Both the position numbers and the translations under genes were made by a program. From the human T2T-CHM13v2.0 reference genome, Homo sapiens: 64,000 bases of DNA. The stretch lies in the NCBI RefSeq assembly GCF_009914755.1, contig NC_060932.1; one strand, written 5' to 3'. How positions within the stretch are numbered: position 1 is the first letter of the stretch; the number at the start of each line of letters is the position of its first letter. Below the pieces are notes generated by a model. The model saw only the letters and a list, made by a program, of their open reading frames with translations. It made no database searches and had not been told where the DNA came from. Shown here in pieces: positions 49,301 to 64,000 of this stretch.

Positions 49301-49582
49301 TAGGAATCCAGCCATTTACCTGCATTCTGTTCTTGGTCAAATATTTTTTGCTGGGAAAATCGTGCTCGAGATATATGCTCAGAGAACAAAATAAGGCAAA
49401 TTAACACTTAATAACTATTTAGGTTGTTGGCCCCCCTATCACTTCTCAGCATTTTGGCTGAGATCAGGTGTAGGTTATTGGCCCCCAAATCATGACATCT
49501 AATTTGAGTGACATAGCATTGGGCATGGTGGAAAGCTCCTTTACCTAAACAGCCCCCTGAGTGTGTCAGGATGAAAGGGGGA

Positions 49583-50037
49583 TGCATTAGTTGGGTCTTC
49601 TTAGAAGCAGATTCCAAGATTATTATGTGCAAGATATTTACTGGGAAAAGCCTGTGTAAGGGGGAAAAGGTGGAGGGAACTGGATAAGTTGCAGAGATCT
49701 GCAGGTATGTTACCCCTGTGAAGAAGGAATCTCTTCAGGAAGGAGAATTGGAAAGGCAGAGTGTCTGATTCAGGCATAGTCGGAAGAATATTTTGGATAA
49801 GCCAATGGGAGGTTCTTGCGACATAGTTACCTGTCAGAGGAGTCCCCTGTGGAAGAGATCCCCCATTTTACAGAAACAGGCCTTCCTTAGCATCATCACC
49901 CTGCTCTCCCAGCCTCCCACTGACAGCAGCCTTAAGAAGGGTGGGTTTAGTGATGGATGCAGAACACAGCAACTGGTGCTGTCTGTTCCCACACTCCCTG
50001 CAGCAGGAGATCTGAGTGGCACATGTTGATGGCCACA
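49583..50037 (-). mobile_element. ERVL-type solo LTR (LTR16/LTR33-like)
   Basis: ttgggtcttcttagaagcagattc..gtgcaagatatttactggg.. ending ggccaca. Confidence 0.55.
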
Positions 50038-50569
50038 GCTTCTACTTTGACTTAAAAGCATGTTTAACCTACTCCCTTCTCTAGTTGAGATCAGATATTA
50101 GTGGGAAGAGCATGGGGAAGAGTGAGAGATAAAGAACAGTAGTAAAAACAACCTTATTTTCAAATTCATAGAACGAAAAAAGAAAGTAAAATACCATCAG
50201 GTCTTTTTCAGATGCAGAAAAGACATCCTTTTACCAAGTAACCCCCTGTGCAAATAAGCCTAGCCAAAGGGGAGCCCACTCAAGAAATGACTTGGCTGGG
50301 CCAGGGAGATCAGACTCAGAGCATTCCTCCTGTATTGTTCAAATGCTGGGAGAGAGTAGATGTTATATAGAGAGTAAATGCTGGGGACTGAGAAAGAAGA
50401 AATGGTCAGATCGTCTTTCCTTTAGGAGTAGTTCTAAGCTGTGCCACCACTCAAGCACAGGAGAAGCAAGTTACAACAAAAAGAGTGCATATAGACACAA
50501 GTACTACAATTTCTCACCTCCACTTAACTTATTAAGTAATTAGCTTATTTATATTTTCAAACTGGTGAT

Positions 50570-51058
50570 TATGTTAGTCATCTATTGCTGTATAACAAAT
50601 TGCTCCAAAATGTAGCAGCTTAAACAGCAAACATTTATTTTCTCAAGGTTTCTCAAGGTCAGGAAACCAGGAGGGATTATCTGGTCCACTCAGGGTTCCT
50701 TACTAGGTTGCAGTCCAGTTATTGACCAGGGCTACAATTATTTGAAAGGATTGGAGAAGCTGCTTCCACGCTCTTTCTGGCAGCTTCCATTGACTCCACG
50801 TGGGCATCTCTATTTGTCTTACACAATATAACATCTGGCTTCCTCCACAGTAAATGATTCAAGAAAGAAAGAGTGCCCAAGACAGAAGCTATAGGCTGTT
50901 CACAACCATACACTGGAAATGACATCCCTTCTTCTGTCATATCTTAATTGATAAAAGCGAATCACTAAGGCCAGTCCACAATTAAGGAGAGCTGAATTAA
51001 GGATTATCTCTTAAGGAAAGTAGTAGCAAAGAGTTTGTAGAAATATTTTAGAACAATA
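50570..51058 (-). mobile_element. MLT1F/G-like MaLR LTR
   Basis: atctattgctgtataacaaatt..cagcttaaacagcaaacatttatt..ctccacgtgggcatctc..tggcttcctcca..cttctgtcatat. Confidence 0.75.
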
Positions 51059-52886
51059 CTGGTCATACATTTACATGTTACACCATTGAAAAGATGTCAG
51101 CCATCCTGAATACCTTGGAATGGAAGGAGCCCCAGTTCTACCAAGGAATCCTGGTTCCATTTCTTGGTGTTACCAGTATTTTATGTGTTCTAGAGAGAGT
51201 CTATGAAATTACAAACATTGAGAAAGACTTAACTCAGTAGAAAGCTCTGCCCCAGTGACTAGAGCCCAGTGTTCTTAGCTTTGGTTAATTCAGATCAGCA
51301 CTCCTTCCGGTGTGGGATGTGAAGATGCTAACAAGGAATGACCTTCCTTCCCCGTTTCTTCTCTTATAAAGTCTTGCCAACTTTGACACACTTATAATTG
51401 TAGCATATGCCATTTAAAACATTGGTTTAACAAAAGCTATTTAATGGTAGCTGTTTCCCCCTCTTTGGAACATTCTTTGTAGCTTTCTCTCACCATTAGC
51501 CAGTGCCTCAGGCAATTACTAGAAAGAACTAAATTGAGTTGCTTTTGTTATTAGCTGTGGTTTGTGAGTCAGCTTACTGCTTCTAAAACAATTATAGAAG
51601 GAAGCTATTATTTTAAATAGAAATTTGAGTATATTTAGAAGAAAATGAACCATGTATTTTCTTCTGGCTGCTCCTCCAATCTCATTTCAAAGATGAAAAG
51701 ACTAAAAAGATTGCAAAGAGGGAAGGAGAAAGGGATGGATTGAAAGGAAGAGAAAGTGAGAGCTGAAGAAGGAAAGATGTGGAGACAAAAGCTCAAAAGG
51801 AGCATGGCAATGCTCAAAGATTGGGGAAATGGCATTATAAATGTTATAGAACATATAGTTAAAATTTATTTTATTATCTTGAGATTTCCCAAAATGATAG
51901 GATTTGTGCTGACATACTGTGCTAATTCATATTAGCCTAAAGAGATCAATTCTGATTAGCTTCATCCTTTTCAAGATATGTAATATGTTCTGTGACTATT
52001 CCTGGGGAAATGATGCAGGATAATAAAATCATTGTTTGCGTATGTGTGCTTGTCCCCGATATGTCACACATGGTTTTGATTCCCAGTTTTTTAAAAAAGA
52101 AATCTAAACTGAAACTAAAATATAAAGCATGTTTTCTTTGACCTAATTCTTATCTAGCAAATAAAAGATTGATTTTTTTCCCCCTGTGGCTCTAGTATTT
52201 GAACATCGTGGATATGTCCCTTGAGTCCGTAGTTCAGGGAGATTTCATGTAAGTAATGCTTAGAAAAAAAATCGTAGTTTTGTTGTTATTTTACTAAAAC
52301 TATATTCCAATTTAAGCTAACTTGCATCCTTTTTGAAAATAGATTTTGAGTATAATTAAACTGGTAAGTAGTTAGTTTAAAATTTTACAGATTTTAGCAG
52401 ACAAGCTAAAAAAAAAAGTCATTAGTGGCATGTTGATGATAGAGTTTCGATTACTATGGTAGCCTTTCAACCACATTTTTCCTCCAGTTCTTTATGGAAT
52501 AACTTTATAAGTTAAAATATAACCCTATACCATTCAGCATAATTAAATAGTAGCTACACGGTCAAAATGCAGAGTTAACCAATTGTTCTGAGAATATTAT
52601 CAATGTGAAATGCTCATCTATTTCTAACATCCATTCCAGATTAATTTTTTCTTTTTTTTTTTTCTTTTCTTTTTTTTTTTTATTATACTTTAAGTTTTAG
52701 GGTACATGTGCACATTGTGCAGGTTAGTTACATATGTATACATGTGCCATGCTGGTGCACTGCACCCACTAACTTGTCATCTAGCATTAGGTATATCTCC
52801 CAATGCTATCCCTCCCCCCTGCCCCCACCCCACAACAGTCCCCAGAGTGTGATATTCCCCTTCCTGTGTCCATGTGATCTCATTGT

Positions 52887-56741
<3,855 letters not shown>

Positions 56742-56777
56742 TTAGTTGATGCAGTTTCTTCCTAGTCTCGATGGTCT

Positions 56778-57793
56778 TTACATTTTGGCATGATTTTGCA
56801 GCGGCTGGTACCGGTTGTTCCTTTCCATGTTTAGTGCTTCCTTCAGGAGCTCTTTTAGGGCAGGCCTGGTGGTGACAAAATCTCTCAACATTTGCTTGTC
56901 TGTAAAGTATTTTATTTCTCCTTCACTTATGAAGCTTAGTTTGGCTGGATATGAAATTCTGGGTTGAAAATTCTTTTCTTTAAGAATGTTAAATATTGGC
57001 CCCCACTCTCTTCTGGCTTGTAGGGTTTCTGATGAGAGATCCGCTGTTAGTCTGATGGGCTTCCCTTTGAGGGTAACCCGACCTTTCTCTCTGGCTGCCT
57101 TTAACATTTTTTCCTTCATTTCAACTTTGGTGAATCTGACATTATGTGTCTTGGAGTTGCTCTTCTCGAGGAGTATCTTTGTGGCGTTCTCTGTATTTCC
57201 TGAATCTGAACGTTGGCCTGCCTTGCTAGATTGGGGAAGTTCTCCTGGATAATATCCTGCAGAGTGTTTTCCAACTTGGTTCCATTCTCCCCATCACTTT
57301 CAGGTACACCAATCAGACGTAGATTTGGTCTTTTCACATAGTCCCATATTTCTTGGAGGCTTTGCTCATTTCTTTTTATTCGTTTTTCTCTAAACTTCCC
57401 TTCTCTCTTCATTTCATTCATTTCATCTTCCATTGCTGATACCCTTTCTTCCAGTTGATCGCATCAGCTCCTGAGGCTTCTGCATTCTTCACGTAGTTCT
57501 CGAGCCTTGGTTTTCAGCTCCATCAGCTCCTTTAAGCACTTCTCTGTATTGGTTATTCTAGTTATACATTCTTCTAAATTTTTTTCAAAGTTTTCAACTT
57601 CTTTGCCTTTGGTTTGAATGTCCTCCCGTAGCTCAGAGTAATTTGATCGTCTGAAGCCTTCTTCTCTCAGCTCGTCAAAGTCATTCTCCATCCAGCTTTG
57701 TTCTGTTGCTGGTGAGGAACTGCGTTCCTTTGGAGGAGGAGAGACGCTCTGCGTTTTAGAGTTTCCAGTTTTTCTGTTCTGTTTTTTCCCCAT
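56778..57793 (-). pseudogene. LINE-1 ORF1p, disrupted
   Basis: MGKKQNRK..NHAKM in three pieces: premature stop at 57464-57466 (CGA>TGA, codon 110) and 1-bp deletion near 57140 (gac-attatg vs gacaattatg). Confidence 0.92.
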
Positions 57794-58700
57794 CTTTGTG
57801 GTTTTATCTACTTTTGGTCTTTGATGATGGTGATGTACAGATGGGTTTTCGGTGTGGATGTCCTTTCTGTTTGTTAGTTTTCCTTCTAACAGACAGGACC
57901 CTCAGCTGCAGGTCTGTTGGAATACCCTGCCGTGTGAGGTGTCAGTGTGCCCCTGCTGGGGGGTGCCTCCCAGTTAGGCTGCTCAGGGGTCAGGGGTCAG
58001 GGACCCACTTGAGGAGGCAGTCTGCCGGTTCTCAGATCTCCAGCTGCGTGCTGGGAGAGCCACTGCTCTCTTCAAAGCTGTCAGACAGGGACATTTAAGT
58101 CTGCAGAGGTTACTGCTGTCTTTTTGTTTGTCTGTGCCCTGCCCCCAGAGGTGGAGCCTACAGAGGCAGGCAGGCCTCCTTGAGCTGTGGTGGGCTCCAC
58201 CCAGTTCGAGCTTCCAGGCTGCTTTGTTTACCTAATCAAGCCTGGGCAATGGCGGGCGCCCCTCCCCCAGCCTCACTGCCGCCTTGCAGTTTGATCTCAG
58301 ACTGCTGTGCTAGCAATCAGCGAGATTCCGTGGGCGTAGGACCCTCCGAGCCAGGTGTGGGATATAATCTCGTGGTGCGCCGTTTTTTAAGTCAGTCAGA
58401 AAAGCGCAGTATTCGGGTGGGAGTGACCCGATTTTCCAGGTGCGTCCGTCACCCCTTTCTTTGACTCGGAAAGGGAACTCCCTGACCCCTTGCGCTTCCC
58501 AGGTGAGGCAATGCCTCGCCCTGCTTCGGCTCGCACACGGTGCGTGCACCCACTGGCTTGCGCCCACTGTCTGGCACTCCCTAGTGAGATGAACCCAGTA
58601 CCTCAGATGGAAATGCAGAAATCACCCGTCTTCTGCGTTGCTCATGCTGGGAACTGTAGACTGGAGCTGTTCCTATTCGGCCATCTTGGCTCCTCCCTCC
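57794..58700 (-). promoter_or_regulatory. L1 5'UTR: CpG-rich sense promoter with YY1 site, plus antisense promoter
   Basis: YY1 core aagatggcc at ~58679-58687 (minus); CpG-rich 58230-58700; bidirectional promoter is an established property of this 5'UTR family. Confidence 0.85.
58249..58464 (+). CDS. LINE-1 ORF0 (71 aa, antisense)
   Basis: gcaATGg start at 58249; MAGAPPPASLPPCSLISDCCASNQRDSVGVGPSEPGVGYNLVVRRFLSQSEKRSIRVGVTRFSRCVRHPFL; splice-donor GTs at 58355, 58440 and 58503. Confidence 0.85.
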   Translation: MAGAPPPASLPPCSLISDCCASNQRDSVGVGPSEPGVGYNLVVRRFLSQSEKRSIRVGVTRFSRCVRHPFL

Positions 58701-60127
58701 ATTAATTTTTTCTAAAGCACAATTTTAGTTATAAATACTCCAAGTTCAAAAACTCCCAGTGGCTCACCATGTACTTAGCCTGGCATTCTTGGTGCTCCAG
58801 TTTCTGATCTTGACCTATTTCTCCAGCCTCAGTTCTCACAGTTCTACTCCTGCACTGCCTCCTGGCCTCCCACCGTCCAGACAAAGTGCATTTCTGGGGT
58901 CCCTCGGTACTGGTTTCCACAAAGAGCAAAAGTGTTCCTCTGACCTGTTTGATCTCACGGTGCTTTCAGGTTGCCTAACCCTGGATACACGATAAAAACG
59001 ACTTGTAGAGGCTTTATTCTTTTGTTTTCTGGTCTTCTATTATGCAAGATTTAAACCTAAACACAGAGGTAAGGACACTAAGGATACTCGTAAGTGGGTA
59101 TTTATCTTGATTCTGATGCTAGCTGGTAGAGGGATCTATACATGATCTCTGTGGATCTAAGCCTGATAACCATGGTGTCACCATACTGAATGGTACCAAA
59201 TACAACTAAAGACCTTTCTTTTCCCAATAGTTGGATGATAAATGCCCATAGCTACCTAGAGTCCACCTACAGATGATAAGATCACTTCAAGAAGGCTCTT
59301 GAGAGCCATCTCTAAATTAGAAATTGAAGGTCAATTTTTCAGGTTCATTTTTCCTGTATCACATTGAAATTACTTCTTATTATTTCAGGAGACATTTCAG
59401 CTGAAAAGATGCTATAATACATTTAAGATGACAGATGTAGCCTATATAAACTGTTATTATAACTTATTTCTCAGGGTGGAATTGGAAAATAACATGACCT
59501 ACTCGCAGACTACTACTCCTACATTCCATAAATTCTCCTAAGTCTCTGCAAGCCAGAAAGGACTTTGCCCTTATTCCATTAACCCAGTGATTCCAGGAGG
59601 CACAAGTACCAGAAGGTGTTCCTGGGTGCACCCTGGGCTTCAAGGCCCTTTTAAGTTGGGCCTAGACTCCTTATCTTCTGGTCAGAGTTCTCTCCAGTGT
59701 CATGAACTTTTACTATTAATGGCAACTATATTCAGTGTTATATTTATATGTGTAAGAAACAAAAGTGACAGCACAGGGGACATAAATTGGTGATGAATGA
59801 AGACTTTTAAATCAGTTTTGTTTTGGTACCTCTGGTTGTTAATGCAGAGAGCTCCCCTTTTGTTCCCCACAGTAACTGTCGTACCCTATTGAGTTATGGA
59901 CACGCAGCTGAACACACTTACATGGCCTGCCTGACCTTAAGGCATTCAAATCAAAGGACACCTTTCTAGAAACTGGCAGTTTTGTTCAGTGAGTCAAATA
60001 AAAATGCAGATTTGAACATAATCCTCCTGTTAATGGGAATATCAGGAAGGTAGATATTCCTACTAGTGAGCATCAGAAAATACCAGTCTGAATAAATGTG
60101 ATAGAAGGTGAGGCTATGAGTATGCAG

Positions 60128-60154
60128 ACACACACATACACACACACACACACA
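60128..60154. repeat. (CA)n microsatellite
   Basis: acacacacatacacacacacacacaca. Confidence 0.9.
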
Positions 60155-60271
60155 ATTACACTCATCTTATGGCTCTTTATTAGAAATTATTAGTAAATTA
60201 GAGATTAGTAAAAGCAGAGAGAAGAGAAAGCATTGAGGGGTAGATGTTGAATTTCTTAAAACAGTATTTCT

Positions 60272-60659
60272 TTATTTTATTTTATTTTATTATTATTATA
60301 CTTTAAGTTTTAGGGTACATGTGCACAACATGCAGGTTTGTTGCATATGTATACATGTGCCATGTTGGTGTGCTGCACCCATTAACTCGTCATTTAGCAT
60401 TAGGTGTATCTCCTAGTGCTATCCCTCTCCCTCCCCCCACCCCACAACAGTCCCCTTCCTGTGTCCATGTGTTCTACCCATCAGTGTGCTGTATTCAGGA
60501 AACTCATCTCAAGTGCAGAGACACACATAGGCTCAAAGTAAAGGGATGGAGGAAGATCTACCAAGCAAATGGAAAACAAAAAAAGGCAGGGGTTGCAATC
60601 CTAGTCTCTGATAAAACAGACTTTAAACCAACAAAGATGAAAAGAGACAAAGAAGGCCA
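60272..60659 (-). mobile_element. Short 5'-inverted (twin-primed) L1PA4-like insertion (element E)
   Basis: 3'UTR on minus (60272-60475) fused to an EN-coding fragment on plus (60476-60662, [14 protein letters not shown]); TSD ttaaaacag(t)atttct at 60256-60271 and 60660-60674. Confidence 0.93.
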
Positions 60660-61076
60660 TTAAAACAGATTTCTAATGTGAATATTGAATAAAAGTTGTT
60701 TATGTCTTGGCCATGTTGTTCACCAAAACTTCGGTCAAATCTATCTTAAAAAAAATACATTCTGGGAAGGGTGGGGTGAGAATCTCTTCTATAAACTGAA
60801 GAACATGGTGACATTTCATTTACAGGTTGAAAAGGTATGGAACAGAGATGGTGCCAAAGGATGGAATGATCACCTGCAAAGTGGACTAATTCAGCAGAAG
60901 CAGTCCTTTAGAGACACGGGTGACCTGAGAAAGTAAGCACCAACCCTCCACCCTACACCTGGAAATTCTCATCAACACTTTGAGTACAAAGGACCTCTAT
61001 GAACTGTGAATCCGATGTTTCTATCTTAAGAGGCAGAAAAACCTCAGCTGGCATGTAGGTAAGCCATCCTCTCCAG

Positions 61077-61650
61077 TAGTGGTTCTCAATGGGGACAGTA
61101 CGGTTCACTAGGGAGTATTTTTTAAATTTATGGGGGACTATTATTCATAGCATTGGAGTGTGCTGTGGGTGTTTAGTAGGAAGGAGCCAGGATAGTCCTG
61201 TAAAAAGAATTGTTCTCAGCCTCATAATTTTCAGAAGTCTCACTGGACATTCAAATAGGACCAACCAATACAGAAATTTATATAATTATTTATTACATTA
61301 ATATTATCTATTATGCTTATATAAATATATAGACATATATCTAATTCAAGAACCTAAACCATTTAACATATAAACAGAATGTATTGGAACCATTTAAAAC
61401 CATTACATTTCTAGAATGTGACTATTCTATAAATAGAAGGAAAAACTTCTTTGTTTTAAATGGAGCTTTACTAAGACTTGTTTGACATTTCAGAACATCG
61501 TGTCCCTTGTAAGAGTGCCACTTGTGAAATTTGACCACTAATGCAATAATCCATATCAGTCTTTACAAGGTGCTTCTACCTCTAGCTACAAGCATCTGAC
61601 TGCTTTACCATGTCTTCTAGTGTCATATTACTGTAGCACAATATTGATTG
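61077..61650 (+). mobile_element. MER20B-like hAT-Charlie element
   Basis: gtggttctcaa..aagaattgt..ggacattca..gaacctaa..acatataaaca..aagcatctgact..atgtcttctagtgt. Confidence 0.75.
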
Positions 61651-62180
61651 CACAATAGCTATTGATTATTGCTATTTATAAATATCAACCACCATATTTG
61701 CATCATTAAAATTATCCCCCAATATGAAGATACAATATTAATAATATCAGGCTGCTCTCAATTGATAAGATCAACTGAGAAATAGATTTTATCACCAAAG
61801 TTTAACTGAAATACAGTTACTTAGCACTTAGAATTTATTTTCCTACAGCTTCCTGTGCTGATTTTAGAAGTCTTGGAGGGATCCAGTGACAGGTTGTATA
61901 GAAAATCCTACAGGAAAAAATTTCCTTAAGCTTTGAAAGAATGGAATAGTTATAGATTTTAGAGTTGGAACTGAAACTATTATTAGGGCCTATGGTCTCT
62001 ATAAGATCCAGTGTAGAGTTCATCCTACTCACTGTTGAGATTTTTCCTATTCCCTTTTCTAGAAAAGAAATTTTTTCCCTTGACTTTGCTCTTATTCTCT
62101 TTACCTTAATTCCTACTGCCCTTTTATTTTGCATTTCTTCTCTATCCATCACTTTAAATATTGCTGTACAAAAAATTCTG

Positions 62181-62755
62181 CCCCAGGATCTAGCAATCTC
62201 ACTTCTGGGTATATATTCAAAGGACATGAAATCACTAAGTTGAAGACATATCTCTGCTTCCATATTTATTGCAGCATTATTTACAATAGCCAAGTTATAT
62301 GATCAACTTAAGTGTCAACTAATGGGTGAATGGATAAAGAAAATGTGGTATGTCTACACAACACAATAATATTCAGCCTTCAAAATGAAGGGAATTCTGT
62401 CATTTGGGTCAACATGGATAAGCCAGGAGAAAATTACTCTAAGTGAAACAAACCAGTCACAGAAAGACAAATACTGTATGACCTCACTTATATGTATAAA
62501 ATTTTTAAAAAGCAAACTCACAGAAGAAGAGTAGAATGATGGTTAGCAGAGGCTGGGGGGAGGGAAAATGAGGGAATGATGGCTAAAAAGTACAAAGTTG
62601 CAGTTAGACATATGGAATAAATAAGTATTTAAGGTGCTGGATATGGTACTTGATTCAGTCTTTGCACACTATACATATATCTCTCTATATAATAACATCA
62701 CTTTGTACCCCATAAATATGTACAATTACAATTTGTCAATAAAAATTTAATTAAA
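62181..62755 (+). mobile_element. L1MA-type 3' end
   Basis: gatctagcaatctcacttctgggtatat..gaatggataaagaaaatgtgg..cagaaagacaaatactgtatg..aatttgtcaataaaaat; approximate TSD aattctg(c/t)cc. Confidence 0.85.
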
Positions 62756-63059
62756 GCAATTCTGTCCTAGACGCCCTTTTCTTCTTGTACTCTTAATGCT
62801 GTAACGATGATTAGAATTGAGATACATGCTGCTACCACCCACTTTCTACCCATTATGGAAGCTGCCAAACATGTATTGTTTTTCACTGAACCTGGAAGTA
62901 AATTCAAACCCAGCACGGCTTTCAGGTAGGCACTACCAATTTGCTTGAATTAATACACAAGATGAGCATTTAGTTTCTTATTGATGACAGCTACTGAGGA
63001 CATAAAAGTCTATGTTTTCATCTTGGCTTCAGATTCAGCTACTAATTGAAAATGATCAC

Positions 63060-63500
63060 CAGGCTTTACAATATGTTTAAAGCAATCTTTAACCCTATGC
63101 TCTAAATCAAATAACTATGTAAACCAGAAAACTTGAAGTCATTTTTATCCTTCTCTTTCCCTCTTCACCAATACCTAAGTTTATCCCCCTTTTAATTTTA
63201 CTTCAGAAGGATGTCTAAAATTTGCTTGGATTCTTCATTCTACTTCATAACCACTGAGTCTATTTAGAGAGCAGCATCCTCTCTCATAGACTATTACAAG
63301 AGTCCTCTGACAGTATTTTTAACACTTTAATTTCTCCACCCACCACATCCAATCCTACAAACTGCCAACAGGATACGATAATTTTCATTAATAAAACAAT
63401 GAAAACCAAACAACAACAAATATGGTCCAATTAATATTTTTATTTAAATCTCTGTTGGTAACTTGTTGCCTTATCATACATACAATGTATTGAATTCCTT
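63060..63500 (+). mobile_element. L2 LINE relic
   Basis: ccagaaaacttgaagtcatt..ccttctctttc..gactattacaagagtcctct..atccaatcc. Confidence 0.5.
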
Positions 63501-64000
63501 CCAATACAGCAACACTGTTTTTCTTTCCTTTTTTTTTGTCACATTTCTCCCATGCTCCTACCCTTATACATTTTCATCTTGATGTTCTATATATACTCGT
63601 TTGTCTAACTGTCATATCCTCCCCACCTGGGGAACTTCCCTTGTTCAGGCCCATGGCCATACTACAGTGCTGGTATGTTCCCAAATGCTCTATTTTTACT
63701 TGCAATCATTCCTCGTCCTGGGAATTCAGGCTTTTTTTTTTTCTTCTCTAAAACTTGCATCACACAATTCATTCCATATGATAAATCCAGTCTTCTTCCT
63801 TGGCTCCTTCCCTTGGCTGAGTATGGAGCCAGCCACAAAGCATTCATTTCCATAACCCCTTCTGAGCCCTATAACACATTCAGAGGCTTTCCTTGCAATT
63901 ATAAGGCTTCTCCCGTCCCTAACTGCATTTGATACGGTAATAAAGAAGGAGATTGAGGCAAGAATGACCTCTTAGTCTGTAGCATGGGTGACTGAATAAA

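Noticed and set aside
57796-58098. 100-aa plus-strand ORF in the L1 5'UTR
   Set aside because: Generic antisense frame of the L1 5'UTR, distinct from ORF0; no evidence of function.
60319-60663. 114-aa ORF with an endonuclease-like C-terminus
   Set aside because: Chance read-through across the inversion junction of element E; non-ATG start and only ~60 aa of EN.
61835-62293. 152-aa minus-strand ORF
   Set aside because: Begins in antisense L1MA sequence with a non-ATG start and runs into low-complexity flank; no protein homology recognised.

Overview
AT-rich, repeat-dense primate genomic DNA (hominoid, probably human, judged from L1PA2-like and AluY-like elements). No host protein-coding exon, RNA gene or CRISPR array could be supported. 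Roughly half the window is LINE-1. An old L1MC-type element (~9.5-23.8 kb) carries two nested insertions: a full-length L1PA12/13-like element with a tandem-monomer 5'UTR and a 5'-truncated L1PA5/6. Further on are a 4-kb L1PA3, a full-length L1PA2-like element (intact 1275-aa ORF2, intact antisense ORF0, dead ORF1) and a small twin-primed L1PA4-like insertion. The rest is five Alus, MaLR/ERV LTRs, hAT MERs and L2/L3/MIR relics. The most interesting signal is that the three neighbouring same-orientation young L1s of different subfamilies share pairwise, non-consensus, mostly non-CpG substitutions in short patches, which points to local non-allelic gene conversion. Subfamily names come from remembered consensus diagnostics, not a database search, and old-repeat boundaries are approximate.
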